Positions 36,101 through 45,555 of a DNA stretch of 64,000 nt are shown one piece after another. The position numbers were made by a program, and so were the translations under genes. A model generated the notes under the pieces. That model did no database searches. It saw only the letters and a list, made by a program, of their open reading frames with translations, and was not told where the DNA came from. Positions within the stretch are counted from its first letter, which is position 1; every line of letters starts with the position of its first letter. The DNA comes from Alteromonadaceae bacterium M269 (GTDB taxonomy: Bacteria; Pseudomonadota; Gammaproteobacteria; Enterobacterales; Alteromonadaceae): contig SMNZ01000004.1 of assembly GCA_004353515.1 (NCBI GenBank), forward strand, positions 328,360-392,359, written 5' to 3'.

Positions 36101-38244
36101 ATACAGTTAAGCTATTAAAAGCACTGTTACCTATCCACCAAAAAGCTGACTTACTACGTTTTGCGCCTAAAGCTCGGGCTGTTGCATTGCTCTTTTGGTG
36201 CTTCGAAGCTAGAGACAAACAGCAGAAGCAGCTTTGGCAAAGCCATGCTATAAGCGCTCAGTTGCTCTCTAAAACATTCCACAGTCGCAGTGGTTTTACC
36301 GAGCTTAATGCTAACTTGTTCAACGCTATTGCGAGATTTTGCCAGCGATTTGATCTGCCGTTTGAAGAAAACGACATAGACGTCGGTGCTGAATACCTGA
36401 GCTTAGAATTAGCTAAAGAAAAGCTGGCTTTTAGCACCAGCCAACCCGCGAGAAATCTGCGCGATACTATGTCTAAGCAACTGAAAGAGCTTGGACATGA
36501 CAGAGAATTTGATGCTGCAATGTCACGCTTTGCTGAATTGATAGAACAGACGCCAACGGAATCAGAACAGGCTGCTGGTCTTAAAGAGCAATGGAGCCTA
36601 GCCAATGCTTGGTTGAACGCGTTACTCGATTCCTCTGAGGCAAGCCAAGAGTTCGAACATTATCTACCCGAAGCAGCTGCGCTAACACTATGCCAAGGTA
36701 AACTCCAAACCGAGGACAGTAGTGTCAATCTGCAAGCGGTAGTAGATGGATTACTGAGTGATCATAATCGTGTTAAAGATGGTCAACTGAACATTGCTTT
36801 AGACGAGTTTAACCAACGTTTAAGCCACTACCATTTCCATCATGTCACGCAATTCAAGCGTTACCATGACTTACGACATGAACAGATGGTGACGAGTAAA
36901 CGTGAACTTCAACTCGACGCTTATACTGCTAAGCCACTTAGCTCTTTCGTTCGTAATCGCCTCATTGACGAAGTCTACCTGCCTATTATTGGAGACAACC
37001 TCGCGAAACAGATGGGTACTGTTGGTGATGATAAACGTACCGATTTGATGGGTTTGCTATTACTTATTTCGCCACCTGGCTATGGTAAAACGACCTTGAT
37101 GGAGTATGTCGCTGATAGGCTTGGCTTAGTGTTTATGAAAATAAACTGCCCCTCGCTAGGGCATGATGTTACCTCTGTTGATCCATCCAATGCACCCAAT
37201 GCAACAGCTAAACAAGAACTTGAGAAACTCAATTTAGGTCTTGAAATGGGTAACAACGTTATGTTGTATCTGGACGATATTCAGCATACGCATCCTGAAT
37301 TCCTACAAAAGTTCATTTCACTGTGTGACGGCACAAGACGTATTGAAGGTGTCTGGAAAGGCGAAAGTAAAACCTACGACATGCGCGGTAAGAAATTCTG
37401 CATGGTCATGTCAGGAAACCCCTATACCGAATCAGGCGATGTCTTCAAAGTACCTGATATGTTGGCTAACCGTGCTGACATCTACAACCTTGGTGATGTA
37501 CTAGGTGGCAAAGAAGAACAGTTCGCCTTGAGCTATATCGAAAACTGTCTAACCTCCAATCCAGTGCTAGCGCCTTTAGCACTACGTGATATGAAGGACG
37601 TCTACAAGTTGCTAGATATGGCACAAGGTGAAAACGTTGCAACAACCGACTTAAGCCATCAGTACAGCGGTGCTGAAATCAATGAGATCACCAGCGTTCT
37701 CGGGCATCTGAGAGAAATCCAAAATGTCATCTTAAAGGTGAACTTGCAGTACATACAATCTGCGGCAACAGCTGAGGATTACCGCCAAGAGCCTCCGTTC
37801 AAACTGCAAGGCAGTTATCGAAACATGAATAAAATGGCAGAGAAGGTATCAGCTGTCATGAATCATGAAGAACTGATGCAGTTGATTGGCGATCACTACA
37901 CTGGTGAGGCACAAACACTGACGTCTGGTGCCGAAGAAAACTTGCTTAAATTAGCTATCTTACGCGGCACTATCACCGAGGAAGAGCAAGGACGTTGGGA
38001 ACACATTTGTAGTACCTACGCCAGCAAGCAAACTTTGAATGTTGAAGGCGATCCAAGCCATCAAGCTGTTCAACAGTTGAGTCATATTGCTGCCTCTTTG
38101 GAAGCCATCAAAATTGACGCTCAGCAGTCAGATACTGGTGATTTGATTAGACCGATAAATCGCGTCGCAGCTGCGATGCATTTACTCAGTAAAACTTGGG
38201 CAGGCGATCAAAAAGAATCATCAGAAGAACAAACCGATAAATAA
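33163..38244 (+). CDS. Giant (1693 aa) protein: N-terminal ~450-aa globular domain, ~550-aa coiled-coil region, C-terminal MoxR/AAA_5-like P-loop ATPase module; function unknown
   Basis: AGGAGA RBS. Walker A LISPPGYGKTTLMEY (~37060-37105), Walker B MLYLDDIQ (~37262-37285), sensor-1/arginine region VMSGNPYTESGDVFKVPDMLANRADIY resembling MoxR (ATQNP…LP.A.LDRF). No ABC signature LSGGQ. Confidence 0.8.
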   Translation: MMSTDQEQVDQAVTEGGAYEVIRARLEEQASQLKAKVDSINTARIEEFGQAKLEVIGRVRVRTENNCIARDIVPVGDAILFGYNVFIGLKKETQISDVFSLYALTQKESGYELTPKDLAGTFLDQPEFKKEFHELYVYYKEARLIQLKVQGQLLFAVFQIGRKLEDTRVFQWQLSKDGTAKYIDNRGERAIKSAPSHDFEWQSVGREQHVSGSHPHINILDEVFVETIGGDLTIKVENNTEDGLGIYNEPVEDKTQSLADADIRYAKVGTLILLKIQPYREKDYRFLVFNTRTQQVDRIDAIGLACVTLPEDHGIIFPGGYYLQNGETKSFPDQIEGLKFKRSIRSPNGEDVLYIFYEPESGLSGLFSYNLIRKELQNPIYAHGYSVFEDGTTVVFNAEDEATRVHPMQVWETPYFSTEHAAKQPTSDSFYSRIGNKELVRGISDLTAINRAVRNPNPSRVLYEDLIQTCRSMFDRYHWIDEPEVDGLGEVVKQITATSELVIDEFEKVEQIRQQADKALAGAEEKQQEAISSIRISDWQSPEQYVDCLTRLRQQRGHLITLKDQRYINRERIAELDEEVTQRFDEVSSATVSFLSSDKSLQPYTDKITTLENAIAQVELVVDINPINEELETLSVGLDLLTEILNGLKVEDATVRTKILDDISEIYAKLNQVKAQGRQRKKQLGSGEANAEFAAQFRLFSQSINSALAMADTPDKADEQLSRLTIQLEELESKFSEYDQFLSDIMDKREELHNAFESRKQSLLEEQQRRAQNMFSAAERIIKGITRRAATFSDTDELNTYFASDPMVLKVSDLVEQLRGINDQIRADDLESQLKAAKEQGIRSLRDKQDIFEDGGNVIKLGKHKFSVNQQALDLTLLPRDDGLYRHLVGTDYFERIEDNELNELKPYWQQNLISENDDVCRAEYLTSVIIRDAEQQQNNLSISKLAELLDNETELSKLVRKTMSDRYQEGYEKGIHDADTVKLLKALLPIHQKADLLRFAPKARAVALLFWCFEARDKQQKQLWQSHAISAQLLSKTFHSRSGFTELNANLFNAIARFCQRFDLPFEENDIDVGAEYLSLELAKEKLAFSTSQPARNLRDTMSKQLKELGHDREFDAAMSRFAELIEQTPTESEQAAGLKEQWSLANAWLNALLDSSEASQEFEHYLPEAAALTLCQGKLQTEDSSVNLQAVVDGLLSDHNRVKDGQLNIALDEFNQRLSHYHFHHVTQFKRYHDLRHEQMVTSKRELQLDAYTAKPLSSFVRNRLIDEVYLPIIGDNLAKQMGTVGDDKRTDLMGLLLLISPPGYGKTTLMEYVADRLGLVFMKINCPSLGHDVTSVDPSNAPNATAKQELEKLNLGLEMGNNVMLYLDDIQHTHPEFLQKFISLCDGTRRIEGVWKGESKTYDMRGKKFCMVMSGNPYTESGDVFKVPDMLANRADIYNLGDVLGGKEEQFALSYIENCLTSNPVLAPLALRDMKDVYKLLDMAQGENVATTDLSHQYSGAEINEITSVLGHLREIQNVILKVNLQYIQSAATAEDYRQEPPFKLQGSYRNMNKMAEKVSAVMNHEELMQLIGDHYTGEAQTLTSGAEENLLKLAILRGTITEEEQGRWEHICSTYASKQTLNVEGDPSHQAVQQLSHIAASLEAIKIDAQQSDTGDLIRPINRVAAAMHLLSKTWAGDQKESSEEQTDK

Positions 38245-38255
38245 AGGGTATCACT

Positions 38256-38804
38256 ATGAAATGTACAAGTTGTAAAACAGGTGACTTAGAAAGAACTTTT
38301 ATTGATGGACTATTTGAAGCCAAAACCTGCACTCATTGCGGCGGAAATTGGATCTTGGTAGAGCATTATGTTGCTTGGAAAGAAAGGAATCCGAATCATG
38401 AGTTTGATGTTGACCAAGACTTTACAATTTCAGAAACCTCTACAGCTATGCTTTGCCCAGTATCGGGTATTATTATGCGTAAACTAAAAATAGGGGATGA
38501 TAGCTCTCATCGTGTTGATTACAGTGCAGCTGTTGGAGGTGTTTGGTTAGATAGCGGTGAGTGGGAATTGCTAAAGAAGAAAGGTTTAGCGGGTTCGCTT
38601 AACAACATACTCACTGCAGTTTGGCAACGTAATATTCAATTGAATACCACACACAAAAACCTCTCAGAAGTTTATAAAAATAAGTTTGGCGACGAAAACT
38701 ATCAAAAGGTCAAAGCATTCAGGGAATGGCTGATTGAACAACCCAACAAAACTGATCTAAAAGCTTACATCAATGCTGAAGATCCTTACTCAGCTATCAA
38801 GTAG
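38256..38804 (+). CDS. zf-TFIIB-type zinc-ribbon domain protein (tandem ribbons), 11 nt downstream of the giant ATPase gene
   Basis: CTSCKTG…CTHCGGNWI and CPVSG…AAVGGVWLDSGEWELL match the PF13453-like pattern C-x2-C…C-x2-G-G-x-W-x-D-x-G-E. Confidence 0.6.
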   Translation: MKCTSCKTGDLERTFIDGLFEAKTCTHCGGNWILVEHYVAWKERNPNHEFDVDQDFTISETSTAMLCPVSGIIMRKLKIGDDSSHRVDYSAAVGGVWLDSGEWELLKKKGLAGSLNNILTAVWQRNIQLNTTHKNLSEVYKNKFGDENYQKVKAFREWLIEQPNKTDLKAYINAEDPYSAIK

Positions 38805-38821
38805 CTACCTCGAATAATTGA

Positions 38822-38876
38822 GCTTGCGGCTATATAGAAAACCTTGAGTTGAGTTCTACAGCAGCAAGCTTTTATA
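38822..38876. terminator. Imperfect long hairpin (AGCTTGCGGC…GCAGCAAGCTTTT) between convergent genes
   Basis: Inverted repeat read in the sequence, followed by TTTTAT. Confidence 0.35.
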
Positions 38877-38932
38877 ACCAAGTTTTAGGCTCCAATAATA
38901 ACGAGGCAAAGTATTAGGCAGCCTCTTTGGAA

Positions 38933-41900
38933 TCAGTACAACCAGACTCGCATTAGCGAGAATAAGCGTTCAATTTCTATCGGCTTAGAAATGTAATCGT
39001 TTGCCCCTGCTTCAATACACTTTTCCCTGTCATTTGTCATCGCTTTGGCAGTAAGCGCAATAATCGGCACATTCTTATATTGGTTGTTGTCGTCACGAAT
39101 TCGACGTATCGCTTCATATCCATCCATTTTAGGCATCATGATATCCATTAACACAATATCGATATCTGTGTTTTCCACCAGTTGTTCTAGTGCCTCTTCG
39201 CCGTTTTTCGCAACAACAACTTTCATGTTTTTACCTTCTAGTCCTGCAGAAAGTGCATAAATGTTGCGCATATCGTCATCGACCAACAACACCTTTTTAT
39301 GATTCAATATAGCTTCGACATCATGCATCTTTTGCAGAATTTGGCGCTGTTTATCAGGCAAGTTCGCTTCCATTCGATGCAAAAATAGCGCAACTTCATC
39401 CAACAGTTTTTCGGCCCCCTTCTCGCTTTTCTGAATCACGGCATGGGCATACTGGTTTAACTCAACCAGCTCATCTTTCTGAAGATCCTTAGCGGTATAG
39501 ACAATGATAGGGAGGTTATCCAACTTTTCATTTACGTGGACCAATCTCAGGAGTTTAAGGCCATCAGTATCTGGCAAGTTCAGATCTAAAACCATGCAAT
39601 CAATATCTTCACTCTCAAGATGTTTTTCAGCCTCAAAAGCAGTCTCAGCAGTGATAACTTCCATATCATGATTACCTAATAAGTCACGTATGTAATCAGA
39701 CTGAACCTCATCATCTTCCACTAACAACAACTTCTTAATAGGTTTTTCAGCTAACTGAGAGAAGCGTGTTAGTACCGAAACAATTTTTTCTTGTGAAACC
39801 GGTTTCTGTAGGAAACCAATAATCCCCTTGTCTTTTACTTCTTCGATACTACCCGTACCGCTCATCACATGAACCGGAATATGTCTTGTTGAGGAGCTAT
39901 CTTTCAAACGGGAAATAGCCGTTTGCCCACTGATGCCTGATAAGGTGAGATCGACAATAATGCCGATGGGACGAAACTCCTTGGCTAACATATAGCCTTC
40001 ACCACCATCATCTGAAATCAATATATTAAATCCATGTTCGCGCACTAAGCTTGCCACTATCATGGCGAAATTAGGGTCGTCTTCTAATAACAAAATAGTC
40101 TGCTTATCAGAAGACAAGCTGTCCCTATCATCAGGCACCACGGTTCGTGCTAAACGGTTCGACTTCTCAGATCTCGATAACGAAGTCTTAATTCGATGAG
40201 TAGGCACCAGCTTTTCGCATTTCTCAGGTAGGTATAGTGTGAATACGCTACCCTCTCCTTCAACACTCTCAAGATGAATTTCCCCGTTAAGCAAATCTGC
40301 GAGCTGCCTACATATAGACAACCCCAGCCCAGTGCCACCGTATTCTCGCTGAATTCTGGCATCTATCTGCTGAAAAGCATCAAAAATGATGTTTTGCTTT
40401 TCCTTAGGAATACCAATTCCCGTATCTCTCACCGCAAAGGCAATGACTCCATTTTCCCTTAACTCGTTACGACTAAAGTGCGTATTTTTTCCAATACGAC
40501 TGATGTGAAGAGACACACTGCCTTGTTTAATAAATTTAAACGCATTCGAGAGCAAGTTGCGCAATATCTGCTTCAATCGTTGCTCATCAGTGGTCATGGT
40601 TTCTGGCAAGGTACTATCTAATGTTATCGAGAAACCGATTCCTTTTTCTTCAGCAACGGATGCAAAGGACTTCTCCATTTCTGTTGAAATTTGAGAGAAC
40701 GAAAGAGGTTCTAGCGTAACCGTCATCTGCCCCGCTTCTACCTTCGACAGATCGAGAATATCGTTGATCAGCTTCATCAAATCATTACCAGAATGGTAAA
40801 TGATAGAAGCTGATTTCACTTGGTTATCATTAAGGTTCCCTTCTTTATTATCCAATAACATTCGAGAGAGTATGAGTAAGCTATTTAACGGAGTTCTGAG
40901 CTCATGGCTCATATTGGCAAGAAACTCAGACTTATAAGCGCTTGTCTCTTCAAGCTCTACTTGAGTTTCTTCAAGTTGCCTGTTTCGTTCTTCAACTTCT
41001 ACACTCTGACGCGCTAACTCCTCGTTGCTAACTCTGAGTTCTTCTTCGCTCTGTTTTAGCTGTTCTGTTTGATTTTGCACTTGGCTCAACAGTTCTTCAG
41101 TACGCAAAATAGATACAATGCCGTTAACAATGATGGCGCAGCTATGTAGCGTTTGCCTAAGTAAGGCGTGATGTTGCGAAGTAAAAGGAGCTAATGATGC
41201 CACCTCAATCACAGCCAAAGTTCGACCTTCAAACACAATAGGCATAATACTTACCTGAGTTGGTTTGGCGTTCCCTAGCCCTGAACCAATATTATGAATA
41301 TAGTCGCTAGGTATTTGATTTAAATAAATCGGCTGCTTGCTTTCAGCAGCCTGGCCAACTAAACCTTCACCTAATTGGGTATCTCGCTGCAATTCTTTAG
41401 CATCTGAATATCCATAAGTTCCCTGACACCTGAGAACACTCCTTTCACCCTGCTTTCTGTAAACGAAATAAAAAAGTCCTAACTGGGCATCCAGCAATGG
41501 TAAAAGACCATTTAATAACTCACGAGCAAAGTCCTCAACATCCGTTTTCGCCTGCAACTTCACTGTTAGCTGTGTAAAAGCCCTTTGAACCCAGTCTTGT
41601 TCTTCAAGCCGTTGCTTTTCGTTCTCTAGCGCTTCACGGATATCTCTCTCTGTCTTTTGTGCTTGTTTGAGCACACTCAAATCTTCAATAGCTCCAGTAA
41701 AAATTCTACGGCTCTCAAGGTTCACTTCACCGACGTGCAGCATAAGCGGAAACTCTTCACCATTTTTGCGCAAACCCGTTAGCTCCCGCCCTGCACCGAA
41801 GATACTTTTTTTTCTCGTTTCGCTATACTTTTTTAGATATTCGTCATGGTGATTTTTGTACTTTTCAGGCATCAATACTTTGATATTCTTACCCTTGACC

Positions 41901-42388
41901 TCCTCCATGTCGTAACCGAACACCCTTTCTGCGGCTTCGTTAAAGGTTTCAATGGTTCCCTCTTCAGTGACAGACACAATGACAGTATTAACAGTATCTA
42001 AAACACTTTGCAGGCGTGTTTCATTCACTGACAACCTATTCTCAGTTTTTTTCCGAAAATAGATGGCTATTGCCACGCTCCATAACGCCAGAATCGAAAG
42101 TCCGCGATTGAATTGAACAATCCAAGGTTCAGACTTTATCTCGGTGATCAGAAAATACCCTATTATGGTTAAAACAGTGGATATGACGGCAAAAACAAAA
42201 GAGGTATAAGGCCAAGGATATCTGAGTGCACTTAAAATAAATATGACATAAATAATGCCACCAGCAACGCCTAAAGGTGTGAAGAAGTCGAACACAAGGC
42301 CAACGATAAACATGATAAGAGTGGCGGCAGATGCTCTTAAGTTTGTTGGAGTAAGCCATAAAGAAAAAGAACCTTCTATACTCATCAC
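38933..42388 (-). CDS. Hybrid sensor histidine kinase: membrane sensor-PAS-GAF-HisKA-HATPase followed by three receiver domains
   Basis: 1151 aa. H-box SHELRTPLNSLLI. G-boxes (DTGIGIP; GGTGLGLSI). Three REC modules with conserved D/K (LLLEDD…DLTL; LLLVEDD…LDLNLPDTDG; VLLVDDD…MDIMMPKMDG). Confidence 0.85.
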   Translation of the reverse strand: MMSIEGSFSLWLTPTNLRASAATLIMFIVGLVFDFFTPLGVAGGIIYVIFILSALRYPWPYTSFVFAVISTVLTIIGYFLITEIKSEPWIVQFNRGLSILALWSVAIAIYFRKKTENRLSVNETRLQSVLDTVNTVIVSVTEEGTIETFNEAAERVFGYDMEEVKGKNIKVLMPEKYKNHHDEYLKKYSETRKKSIFGAGRELTGLRKNGEEFPLMLHVGEVNLESRRIFTGAIEDLSVLKQAQKTERDIREALENEKQRLEEQDWVQRAFTQLTVKLQAKTDVEDFARELLNGLLPLLDAQLGLFYFVYRKQGERSVLRCQGTYGYSDAKELQRDTQLGEGLVGQAAESKQPIYLNQIPSDYIHNIGSGLGNAKPTQVSIMPIVFEGRTLAVIEVASLAPFTSQHHALLRQTLHSCAIIVNGIVSILRTEELLSQVQNQTEQLKQSEEELRVSNEELARQSVEVEERNRQLEETQVELEETSAYKSEFLANMSHELRTPLNSLLILSRMLLDNKEGNLNDNQVKSASIIYHSGNDLMKLINDILDLSKVEAGQMTVTLEPLSFSQISTEMEKSFASVAEEKGIGFSITLDSTLPETMTTDEQRLKQILRNLLSNAFKFIKQGSVSLHISRIGKNTHFSRNELRENGVIAFAVRDTGIGIPKEKQNIIFDAFQQIDARIQREYGGTGLGLSICRQLADLLNGEIHLESVEGEGSVFTLYLPEKCEKLVPTHRIKTSLSRSEKSNRLARTVVPDDRDSLSSDKQTILLLEDDPNFAMIVASLVREHGFNILISDDGGEGYMLAKEFRPIGIIVDLTLSGISGQTAISRLKDSSSTRHIPVHVMSGTGSIEEVKDKGIIGFLQKPVSQEKIVSVLTRFSQLAEKPIKKLLLVEDDEVQSDYIRDLLGNHDMEVITAETAFEAEKHLESEDIDCMVLDLNLPDTDGLKLLRLVHVNEKLDNLPIIVYTAKDLQKDELVELNQYAHAVIQKSEKGAEKLLDEVALFLHRMEANLPDKQRQILQKMHDVEAILNHKKVLLVDDDMRNIYALSAGLEGKNMKVVVAKNGEEALEQLVENTDIDIVLMDIMMPKMDGYEAIRRIRDDNNQYKNVPIIALTAKAMTNDREKCIEAGANDYISKPIEIERLFSLMRVWLY

Positions 42389-42798
42389 CGCGCTGCCTCT
42401 TTAGCAATAATGGGCATTCCTACCTGAATCATAACTTCTACACCTTCCTGCAATATTAGAATTCGTATTGATTGTTCGACCAGCTTTTCATAGCCGAACA
42501 TAACCTCCTTTCAGTATATGCCATATTATTTTACCGTCACGTAAACTTTGTTCACTTCTCTATTTATTCAAGTACTGATAGTTATTCAGTTTGGGGGAAT
42601 CGCTGCACTGTTTAGAAGCGTCGAGTGAATTTTGTTTGCGGTCTGCGCAAGATTTAACGCATAAGTTGGCTTTGTGTTGTAAAAGACAGCTTTCTTCAGG
42701 ACGGGACAATAATTAGGCTTTTTAAGGCAGCCTAGCTCATACTGAGCCAGGCTATGATAAGTGGAATATCTTTTTTGTTCTTAGAAGTTAAATAAGCT

Positions 42799-44382
42799 CT
42801 ACCAAGAAGCTGCGTTGGCTTGCTCCATATCAAAACGCCAGTTTTCAGGCATTTTATCGTTATCTAGCAAAGAGCCTGGCTCCATCGTCGGATACAACTG
42901 AGCATAGCTTTTAACTTCGGTCCCTTGAACCCTGCGATTGATATGTTTGGGTTCAAGTTCATGTATACCATTTAACCCTGCAGCTCCCACTAGCTCAACC
43001 AGGTTTGTAACTGTTTCACGATGGAAGTTAGCCACGCGCTGAGACTTATCACTGACAACAATAGCCTTATTTCTCGAAGGATTTTGAGTGGCAATACCCG
43101 TCGGACAGTGATCTGAGTTACAAGTACGCGCTTGAATACAGCCTAAAGACATCATCATGCCTCGAGCAGAGTTAACCGCATCTGCGCCTAAGGCTATGGC
43201 TCTTAAAATATGGAAAGCTGAGAACATTTTTCCGGATGCAATGATGCGAATGCGATCTTTTATCCCAAACCCAATCAAGGCATTGTTAACAAAAATCAGG
43301 CCATCGCGTAATGGCGTTCCTACCGAGTTTGTCATTTCAGTTGGCGCAGCACCCGTGCCACCTTCACCACCATCAACCGTAATAAAGTCAGGTGTTATAC
43401 CCGTTTCTATCATCGCTTTACATATGGCTAAGAACTCATCGTGACGACCGACACAAAGTTTGAAACCAACGGGTTTACCGCCGGACAAATCCCTGAGTTG
43501 TTTTACAAAACCTAACAGTTCAGTAGGCGTGGAAAATGCCGTATGTGCTGGAGGTGAAATAACATCTTTCCCCATAGGAACATGGCGTATCGCTGCAATT
43601 TCTTCCGTTAGTTTCGCTGCTGGAAGAATACCTCCGTGTCCAGGTTTAGCTCCCTGTGAAAGCTTAATTTCAATCATTTTAACGACGTCTTTAGAGGCAT
43701 TTTCCTTGAAAGTCTCTGGATTGAAATTACCTTCATCATCTCGGCAGCCGAAGTATCCCGTCCCAATTTGCCACACAATGTCTCCACCGTGCTTTAAATG
43801 ATAAGGGCTCATACTACCTTCACCCGTATTATGAGAAAAACCACCGATTTTTGCCCCCTTATTTAACGCCATAATGGCATTTTTACTTAGAGCGCCATAA
43901 CTCATTGCGGAGATATTTAAGGGCGATGCCATATAAGGTTTGAGGCAATCAGGGCCACCAAATTTAACTCTTGGGTCAAGATCAGTTAAGTGCTTAGGCT
44001 GCATTGAGTGGTTAACCCATTCATAACCCGCACGGTTAGCGTCAAAAATAGTCCCGAACGGACGCGTGTCTCTATCGCCCTTGGCTCTTTGATAAACCAA
44101 AGATCTAAACTCTCTAGGAACAGGAGTTCCGCTGATATCTGACTCAACAAAGTATTGCTGAATCTCAGCTCTAAAAGATTCTAATAAGTAGCGAAACCTG
44201 CCGAGTACAGGGTACAAACGCCTTATAGAGTGTTTTGTTTGGACCATATCATAGAGACCAATCACAATAAGAGGCCCCAATACTACAAATACCCACAACC
44301 ACGACTGGGATATTGTTGATAGTGCAAGAACGAATACGGTCGAAACCATCGCGAATAAAACGAAATTCTGACGCATTGTCAT
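42799..44382 (-). CDS. FMN-binding glutamate synthase-family protein (GltS FMN-domain homolog) with N-terminal TM anchor
   Basis: GltB domain-2-like motifs (…KLSQGAKPGHGGILPAAK…, GGEGGTGAAP). Confidence 0.8.
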   Translation of the reverse strand: MTMRQNFVLFAMVSTVFVLALSTISQSWLWVFVVLGPLIVIGLYDMVQTKHSIRRLYPVLGRFRYLLESFRAEIQQYFVESDISGTPVPREFRSLVYQRAKGDRDTRPFGTIFDANRAGYEWVNHSMQPKHLTDLDPRVKFGGPDCLKPYMASPLNISAMSYGALSKNAIMALNKGAKIGGFSHNTGEGSMSPYHLKHGGDIVWQIGTGYFGCRDDEGNFNPETFKENASKDVVKMIEIKLSQGAKPGHGGILPAAKLTEEIAAIRHVPMGKDVISPPAHTAFSTPTELLGFVKQLRDLSGGKPVGFKLCVGRHDEFLAICKAMIETGITPDFITVDGGEGGTGAAPTEMTNSVGTPLRDGLIFVNNALIGFGIKDRIRIIASGKMFSAFHILRAIALGADAVNSARGMMMSLGCIQARTCNSDHCPTGIATQNPSRNKAIVVSDKSQRVANFHRETVTNLVELVGAAGLNGIHELEPKHINRRVQGTEVKSYAQLYPTMEPGSLLDNDKMPENWRFDMEQANAASW

Positions 44383-44827
44383 AGGGTGAAGTCCTCTTTT
44401 AAGTTTGCTCTACTTTGATTATCTTTTTTATTTTGTTGCTATGAGATAGCTTTTTATTCATTTAAATTTCAGTCTAACAACACCTGACTTTAGACAAAGC
44501 CTTTCAAAAGTTTTTTTAATCAAATACTTATAATAGCTTTCTCCTAACAAACTATTTTGCTGCCATTCTATTTCACAGTAAAAGGTTTCAATCTAATAAA
44601 CGTTACTAGACTAGACTAAATTTAAAACTTTTGTCTATTTACTGTTTAAAGGTATCAGGACTTTCAAGGTTAGCCTTCGAGCCAAAAACAATAACTTATA
44701 GGTGGGGTTTAGAGAGGGATATAAGCTTTTAGTCGAATAGTAAAGCGTATATCCCAATAGAGATGCCCTGAAAACTTATTTTCGTTAGGAGGGTATGAAG
44801 AAACGAGTAAAATAATCGGCTAGCAGC

Positions 44828-45385
44828 CTACCAAGTCAGATCATCAGGAATTTCATAATCTGCATACCAATCATCTTCTTCTGATGTTGCCTTATTTTCT
44901 TCCTGAGTTTCTGGCGGTGCAATATAAACAACAATCTCTTGATCACGTTCACTAATCTTATCTGCGACAGGCATAGGGACAATTTCATAGCCATCATCAG
45001 CTCTAACAATAGCTAGCTTGCCTTGGCTGATATGTTTTTGCGTCGCTTCATCAACAAAAAGGCGTTTAATCTTTGTACCGTCAGTGAAGTTGCAAATCAC
45101 CTCACCATTATTCTTAGGCTGCTTATTTACTTCAATAAGCTGCTTAATTTGCGCTTTAATGGCTTTCTCGTCCGCCACTTGCTTCGCTTTAGCGTTTAAC
45201 TCGCGGTCTTTAGCTTTCTTAGCCTCAAGAGATTCCTGAGCAGCTTTAGCGCTTTCATCTACTTCAACAATTTTATGTTTCTTATTTATTTTGTTCTTTT
45301 TACGCTTTTCATTCTTAATTTTGACGGCTTTCTTTTTATCCGTCAGCCCAGCTTTCAGCAGCTGATCTTGCAGAGACAATGCCAT
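44828..45385 (-). CDS. Lys-rich DUF2058-family protein (YaiL-like)
   Basis: 185 aa, highly charged KKKAVKIKNEKRKKNKINKK tract, acidic C-terminus. Family called from memory. Confidence 0.5.
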   Translation of the reverse strand: MALSLQDQLLKAGLTDKKKAVKIKNEKRKKNKINKKHKIVEVDESAKAAQESLEAKKAKDRELNAKAKQVADEKAIKAQIKQLIEVNKQPKNNGEVICNFTDGTKIKRLFVDEATQKHISQGKLAIVRADDGYEIVPMPVADKISERDQEIVVYIAPPETQEENKATSEEDDWYADYEIPDDLTW

Positions 45386-45516
45386 AGGAGACCTTCATAT
45401 GATGAATAGGAATGATGCTATTTTAATACTAATTTAAAGGACTTGAAATGGTGGATAACGGAATAGCAAACACACAACCCAAACAACTAAGGAAAGCTTG
45501 CATTCAACGAAAGATT

Positions 45517-45547
45517 CTCAGTAACTGCTAGCTACACAGTTACTGAG
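45517..45547 (-). terminator. Perfect 11-bp stem hairpin (CTCAGTAACTG / CAGTTACTGAG, 9-nt loop) 9 nt after the peptide-gene stop
   Basis: Read in the sequence. The downstream transcript sequence AAUCUUUCGUUG is moderately U-rich. Confidence 0.4.
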
Positions 45548-45555
45548 AATTAAGT

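Noticed and set aside
33163-38244. Giant protein as an SMC/RecN/Rad50-type 'DNA repair ATPase'
   Set aside because: The P-loop is near the C-terminus, not N-terminal. No ABC signature (LSGGQ) or D-loop was found. The sensor region resembles MoxR/AAA_5 instead.
42389-42798. Possible terminator hairpin (CAGCCTAGCTCA…TGAGCCAGGCT) downstream of the GltS-like gene
   Set aside because: The stem is imperfect and the T-run is displaced ~20 nt on the + strand, with no U-tract in the minus (transcribed) orientation.
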